Positions 46,127 to 64,000 of a stretch of 64,000 nucleotides of DNA are shown here, piece by piece (within the stretch, counting starts at the first letter, position 1; every line of letters starts with the position of its first letter). The notes beneath the pieces were generated by a model that saw nothing but the letters and a program-made list of their open reading frames with translations, ran no database searches and was not told where the DNA came from. Source of the DNA: Amoebidium appalachense (Eukaryota > Protista > Ichthyosporea); the NCBI GenBank assembly GCA_963693365.1, contig CAVNZM010000011.1:8834664-8898663 (forward strand), written 5' to 3'. The position numbers and the translations under genes are program-made.

Positions 46127-47395
46127 TCATAATGATTCTACACCACATTCTACCAACACTGCTAACGAACCTGATTTTGAGTTGAAATCTAGACACAGTG
46201 GGGGTGAATAATTCCCCGGTTGAGTATCCACTATTGCACCTACATTCCGCACAAATTTCTGGTGCAAAGAATACGAATTCGTTTTCCACACCGTCCACAG
46301 AATAAAAAGGTCTCCTTTAACACACGTGTTTTTGAGTTGCGCCCTGTAATTCCCGTCTTTTCCTTTGACGGCCGCAACACATTTCCCATCGTTTGTCTTG
46401 AAAACGTCATCTGTTCCCAAGGGGTAGCTCACCACACGCACCACATTTTCAGAGGTACAAGGTCCGTAACGAAGCGTTGTTTCGTTTGGGACCGTAACAA
46501 GGCACGTCGTGTGTGAAAGTTCGAGGGGGTTGAAGAATCTAAAAGGGAAAGGGATGGGTTTTTGCGGAATTTTTACCGGTTCCCCATAGTCCAAAGTCGT
46601 CGAGTATTTGCTGCAATGATTGGTCGCCCGCACCAACGCGTACAAGCCCGTCGCGGCGTCATCCAATGGAATATCTTCCATAAAAATATTTCTCTGATCT
46701 TTAGCCAATAGAATCTTACACACCCACGTGTTTGTTCCCCACGACCCGATCTGCGCCACACATACCTCCTTTGGCGAATTGTCTTCCGATGCTACTCCTA
46801 AGGTTACCCATGAAACAGAAGCATCAATATACCTCTCGTTTCCCACACTTCGCAATTGTGAGACACCCATCCTCACATCCTGCTCTATCGAAACTCCAAC
46901 TCTTTCAACCCGGGTGATCGATTTCTGTGAGCAATAGTACTTGTTTCCCACACCGTTTTCAGATTTTTTCAGGTAAACAAAATTGGATGGAGCACATCTT
47001 TTCCTCAAGTGCAGAGAGCGAACGCGTACGTTGATCGGGCGTCCGAGTGGGTTTGGGTATAGATACACCTGATGCGCCCCTGAAGTGTATTTTGTGCTCG
47101 TGTGAATAACACACGTGCTTCTCCCGATAGTGTCCCCACTCCCCCTCCTTCCATCCAGAACCTCCCAGCACAATTCATACCCATTTGCACCCGCAGCCTT
47201 CTCCCATGTTGCTTGAAACTCGACTACCTGGGTGCGTCTATCTATTTGAAAAGTTTCGTAGGAAAAATAGCCCCCGGAAGGGGCATTTGGCACTTTGCAT
47301 GGTGGGTCAACATCTGCACGTGTTGGTGTTGCATGCGTGCTACTGCACAGAGAAAATGCAGCGAGTGTGAGTAAAAAATTGCCCATTCTGTGCAT
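46127..47395 (-). CDS. Secreted protein with FN3-like and ricin-B-like segments (intronless)
   Basis: Signal MGNFLLTLAAFSLCSSTHA; WEKAAGANGYELCW...VRVRS (FN3-like); CLVT...GPC, CVAA, LCLD...LVEC (ricin-like). Confidence 0.65.
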   Translation of the reverse strand: MHRMGNFLLTLAAFSLCSSTHATPTRADVDPPCKVPNAPSGGYFSYETFQIDRRTQVVEFQATWEKAAGANGYELCWEVLDGRRGSGDTIGRSTCVIHTSTKYTSGAHQVYLYPNPLGRPINVRVRSLHLRKRCAPSNFVYLKKSENGVGNKYYCSQKSITRVERVGVSIEQDVRMGVSQLRSVGNERYIDASVSWVTLGVASEDNSPKEVCVAQIGSWGTNTWVCKILLAKDQRNIFMEDIPLDDAATGLYALVRATNHCSKYSTTLDYGEPVKIPQKPIPFPFRFFNPLELSHTTCLVTVPNETTLRYGPCTSENVVRVVSYPLGTDDVFKTNDGKCVAAVKGKDGNYRAQLKNTCVKGDLFILWTVWKTNSYSLHQKFVRNVGAIVDTQPGNYSPPLCLDFNSKSGSLAVLVECGVESL

Positions 47396-48863
47396 ACATT
47401 GGCTTCCAAAGCAGAAAACAACAACAAACTACATACGTAAGTGGCGGGATGTTTGTACATGTGTAATTGTGTGCCAAGCTGAAGCAGGACCTCGAATTCC
47501 AGTGGTGTATTTTATGAATGGTATATATAGTGCTGCATAAGCTGGAAAAACATAAGATGTAACGTGTACTAAAGCCTTGGCACATGAGCTCGAATTGTGT
47601 CCGACGGTGTTACACTTTTATGTTTGGGTTAAATTTTGCACATGCACATAGGGGCACAGAATATTTTACTGTTGGTTCCTTTTTGATCCTCTTTTAACGA
47701 TGAATGAGGGTCAGACTAGTGGTTAGTTGTACCCTAATTGTCCGTTGATAGTGCGCTTTTCCGTTTCATCGTGAGAAGCTCCTCAACTATTCACCGTGCA
47801 TGCATCATCGAGTCCGACTCAAACCACAGTGTGAATCCTCAGATAGAGATGGCATGTATGTGCCATGACTTTAAACATTTAATTGGGAATAAAATTCCGC
47901 CCCGGCAACCTCATGAGTGCGTATACTTAGAGGACCATGTTTGCTGGAAGCTCCCGGCAACGTTGGCCAAGGGATAATCTTTTAAAATACTGCAAAAGAG
48001 AAGCAATTTAATATGTATGTTGTAAGCTTGGTGGAGTGCGGACGCAGGGATTCTGAGAACTGCGGAATGAGGAATCTAAATTTTAAAAGTGTACTCCTAT
48101 TGTTGAAGGTGATCGGTGCCCTGAACCAACGGATACATGCACGCTTACCGATTGGTCAACTTATTGTGGAGTTCTAATTGGTTGAAGGACTATCTCCTAT
48201 AGTAACCATCGCATTCTTTTGGTCATCACATTTACATCAACAAAAACAAGGCAATTATCATGAATTGCCATCAAAATTTTATAAACACGCGCTTTATAAT
48301 GTCCTATAAACAAAAAAAAAAACACGACTCAGTAATTTTAAATCTTTGTTTTGTAGAGAGCTATGTTTTTTTCTCTGGATTTCTGAAGGCACGCAACCGT
48401 TAGCTCTAGCTAATAACTCAGCATCATATCGCCCTTGTGATCGGCTCTTCGAGCCGTTGCACGATTGTCTAATATCTCTGAAAACACTGTTGAATACGAA
48501 CACAAAAACGTTCAAAAGAACACTATATTCCGGCTTTTTCGTTTGTTTTATTATACAACCAACATACGCCTACGCAGGAATATGCATGCTTTGTTGACGT
48601 GCTGTACATACATGATGTGCATATGTGTGTGTGTGTGTGTGCACATGCATGTGCAGCTGCGGCGCTGGCGAAAATAATGTCATCGGAAGTTTCGGAACGT
48701 GCGCAGTACGAGAAGAATTCTGTAAGAGCTCCGCTCGCACGTGGTCACGCACCCATGAGTTTACACCCGGTCAAGAGTATACGGAAATCCTTACGCTAAC
48801 ACCCAAACCCCCCCCCCCCCCCCCCCCCCCACCCCCGTCCCCCCCCCCCCACCCCCCACCCCC

Positions 48864-48904
<41 letters not shown>

Positions 48905-49205
48905 ACCACCACCACCACCACCACAGCTCCCCCCTTCTTTGCTCATGATCACATCCGAACTCACGTTGTTCAACCGTTACGGTAGCGCCCCGTGCACCAC
49001 TGGCACGTGCACCCGTGCGATTGCCCTGGCATATATATAATCCAACTTAAAATTTTTGTTTTTCTGATAATTACTTTATACTATGAGTTAGACAACCACT
49101 GACTTCTACGATAAATTGCTGGAAAATACCGAGGCGAAAGGCCATTCTTCTCTCTCACTCTCCCTCTCCCCCAGTCTCTCTCTAGATCAGCTCTCTCTCA
49201 AATTT

Positions 49206-49247
<42 letters not shown>

Positions 49248-49410
49248 CCCTCTCCCCTCTAGATGTTCTGCCTCCGGAACCTCTCTCTCTTGCTCTTTCC
49301 CCCCCCCCCCCCCCCCCCCCCCCCCGTCTCTCTCTCTCTCTCTCCCCGAAGTCTCTTTTGCGCGCATCACCGGGGTGTGTGTATTAAACGTCCGTGACGG
49401 TTCTAGAAGT

Positions 49411-49444
<34 letters not shown>

Positions 49445-49763
49445 TCATTCACTCTCCCTCTTTGCCCACGTATGTAGTGTGTGTTCGCGCGAGCATATGC
49501 ATGCGCGGTGTGGTGTTTGTTATAGGCGCTATGTGTTACGCCAGTGTATACTGCATGTCTATGCGCTCACGCATGCCCTCATTGCGCGTGTGTCAGGGAA
49601 AAGGAGGGGCGCAGAAGAGGGGGGGGGGGGAAGGAGGGGGGGGTGGGGGTGGGGGGGATCAAATCGCGCTATCGTGTGTGTGTGTGTGTGTATACTGTAC
49701 ACATGTGTGTGTGTGCGGGCGCACGCACAGGTGTGTTCAAATGCTTATCGTGCCTGAATCTCG

Positions 49764-50100
49764 TGAAAGGGCTCGTGATCGGGATGCTTGCTGCTGTAAG
49801 TGGTACCGGTGCGAAGGGGTATTTACAGAACGAGAATTTCAACAAACTTTCAATCTTCTATAAAGCACCACTCATTTTTGTATGCTAACGTTCCGTGCCG
49901 TTGGTGGTAATCTCTCAAACATTTTGTCATATTACTAAGAGAATTTTGAGAGATTACCACCAACGGCACGGAACGTTAGCATACAAAAATGAGTGGTGCT
50001 TTATAGAAGATTGAAAGTTTGTTGAAATTCTCGTTCTGTAAATACCCCTTCGCACCGGTACCACTTACAGCAGCAAGCATCCCGATCACGAGCCCTTTCA
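49764..50100. repeat. Perfect palindrome: 156-bp arms with a 25-bp loop
   Basis: 49764-49919 is the reverse complement of 49945-50100. Confidence 0.95.
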
Positions 50101-50721
50101 GCATCGATTAAAGTTTCGCCAACATTCAACCGTCTATGTACATGAAATACACCGCTCTTTCTTTATACTACACACAGACTGTAAAGCAGTGTGGATTCTA
50201 GACACCACTAGAAACACGTGGAAACGATCTACCATCATACCACAATAAAACTAACTTGAAATAAGAAAAGAAGGGAACAAACAAAAAAATCTAGGCACAT
50301 TAAACATAAAAAAATCAAAATCAAATGTCTGTCTTTACAGGAGCTACCTGCGAATGGTGGTTGTGTGAAAGGGGAGGTCAATACTGCCACGTGCGACTGT
50401 AGCCTCAGCCGCCGTATGATAAACTATACTCTATTTTTCAAGGGTATGAGTTGGCGCGTGATCACGTCGCTTCGGAAGGAAAGTTTTGTCAGCCTTGAAA
50501 AATAAGAGCTACCTCCAAAGGTAGCAGAGGTCAATATGAGATCTTGCCAAGTATCTACGAAATGGCACCCAAACACCACCACCGAACCCAACGACGAACA
50601 AGCAGCAGATTGTAATCCAAAAAGCATCCGGAAGGACAACCAACCGACAACCATTCCAAAAATAGATGACGAATAAGTGAACAATGAGCCCCCCCCCCCC
50701 CCCCCCCCCCCCCCTCGTGGG

Positions 50722-50759
<38 letters not shown>

Positions 50760-50782
50760 CCCCCGAAAAAAACAAGACGGAA

Positions 50783-50824
<42 letters not shown>

Positions 50825-50915
50825 CAAAGAATACGAAGACACAAACCATCGTACGACTAGTCATCACCAGCTACACCAAAACAACAGAGGCCAAACCGAA
50901 AACACAAAACTGCCC

Positions 50916-64000
<13,085 letters not shown>

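Overview
Eukaryotic genomic DNA in three zones. (1) 1-~17.4 kb is a gene-dense, intronless, GC-rich endogenous dsDNA-virus segment (Nucleocytoviricota/Polinton-like type). It encodes two paralogous clan-CE-like cysteine proteases, a penton-like protein, a poxvirus A22-like RuvC resolvase, two Bro/KilA-like proteins, an SPPY amino-DNA methyltransferase, several PD-(D/E)xK nuclease paralogs, an SF3 (D5/NrS-1-type) helicase and a C2H2 zinc finger. No major capsid, packaging ATPase, polymerase or integrase is visible, so the virus class cannot be fixed. (2) ~17.4-36.3 kb is a repeat-invaded continuation with scattered virus-like genes and a 7-exon KDM4-like JmjN/JmjC histone demethylase. (3) ~36.6-64 kb holds an intact APE-RT LINE, microsatellite-rich host DNA, a secreted FN3/ricin-like protein gene, a perfect 156-bp-arm palindrome and the 3' part of a multi-exon FAM21/WASHC2-like gene. 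The most notable structure is at 11.2-17.4 kb: single-gene methyltransferase/nuclease units separated by a shared foldback repeat, a nuclease fused to a copy of the helicase C-terminal domain, an iteron-like spacer between the two genes, and a helicase whose N-terminus resembles a degenerate HUH-Rep domain. All protein calls come from motif recognition by eye, not database searches.
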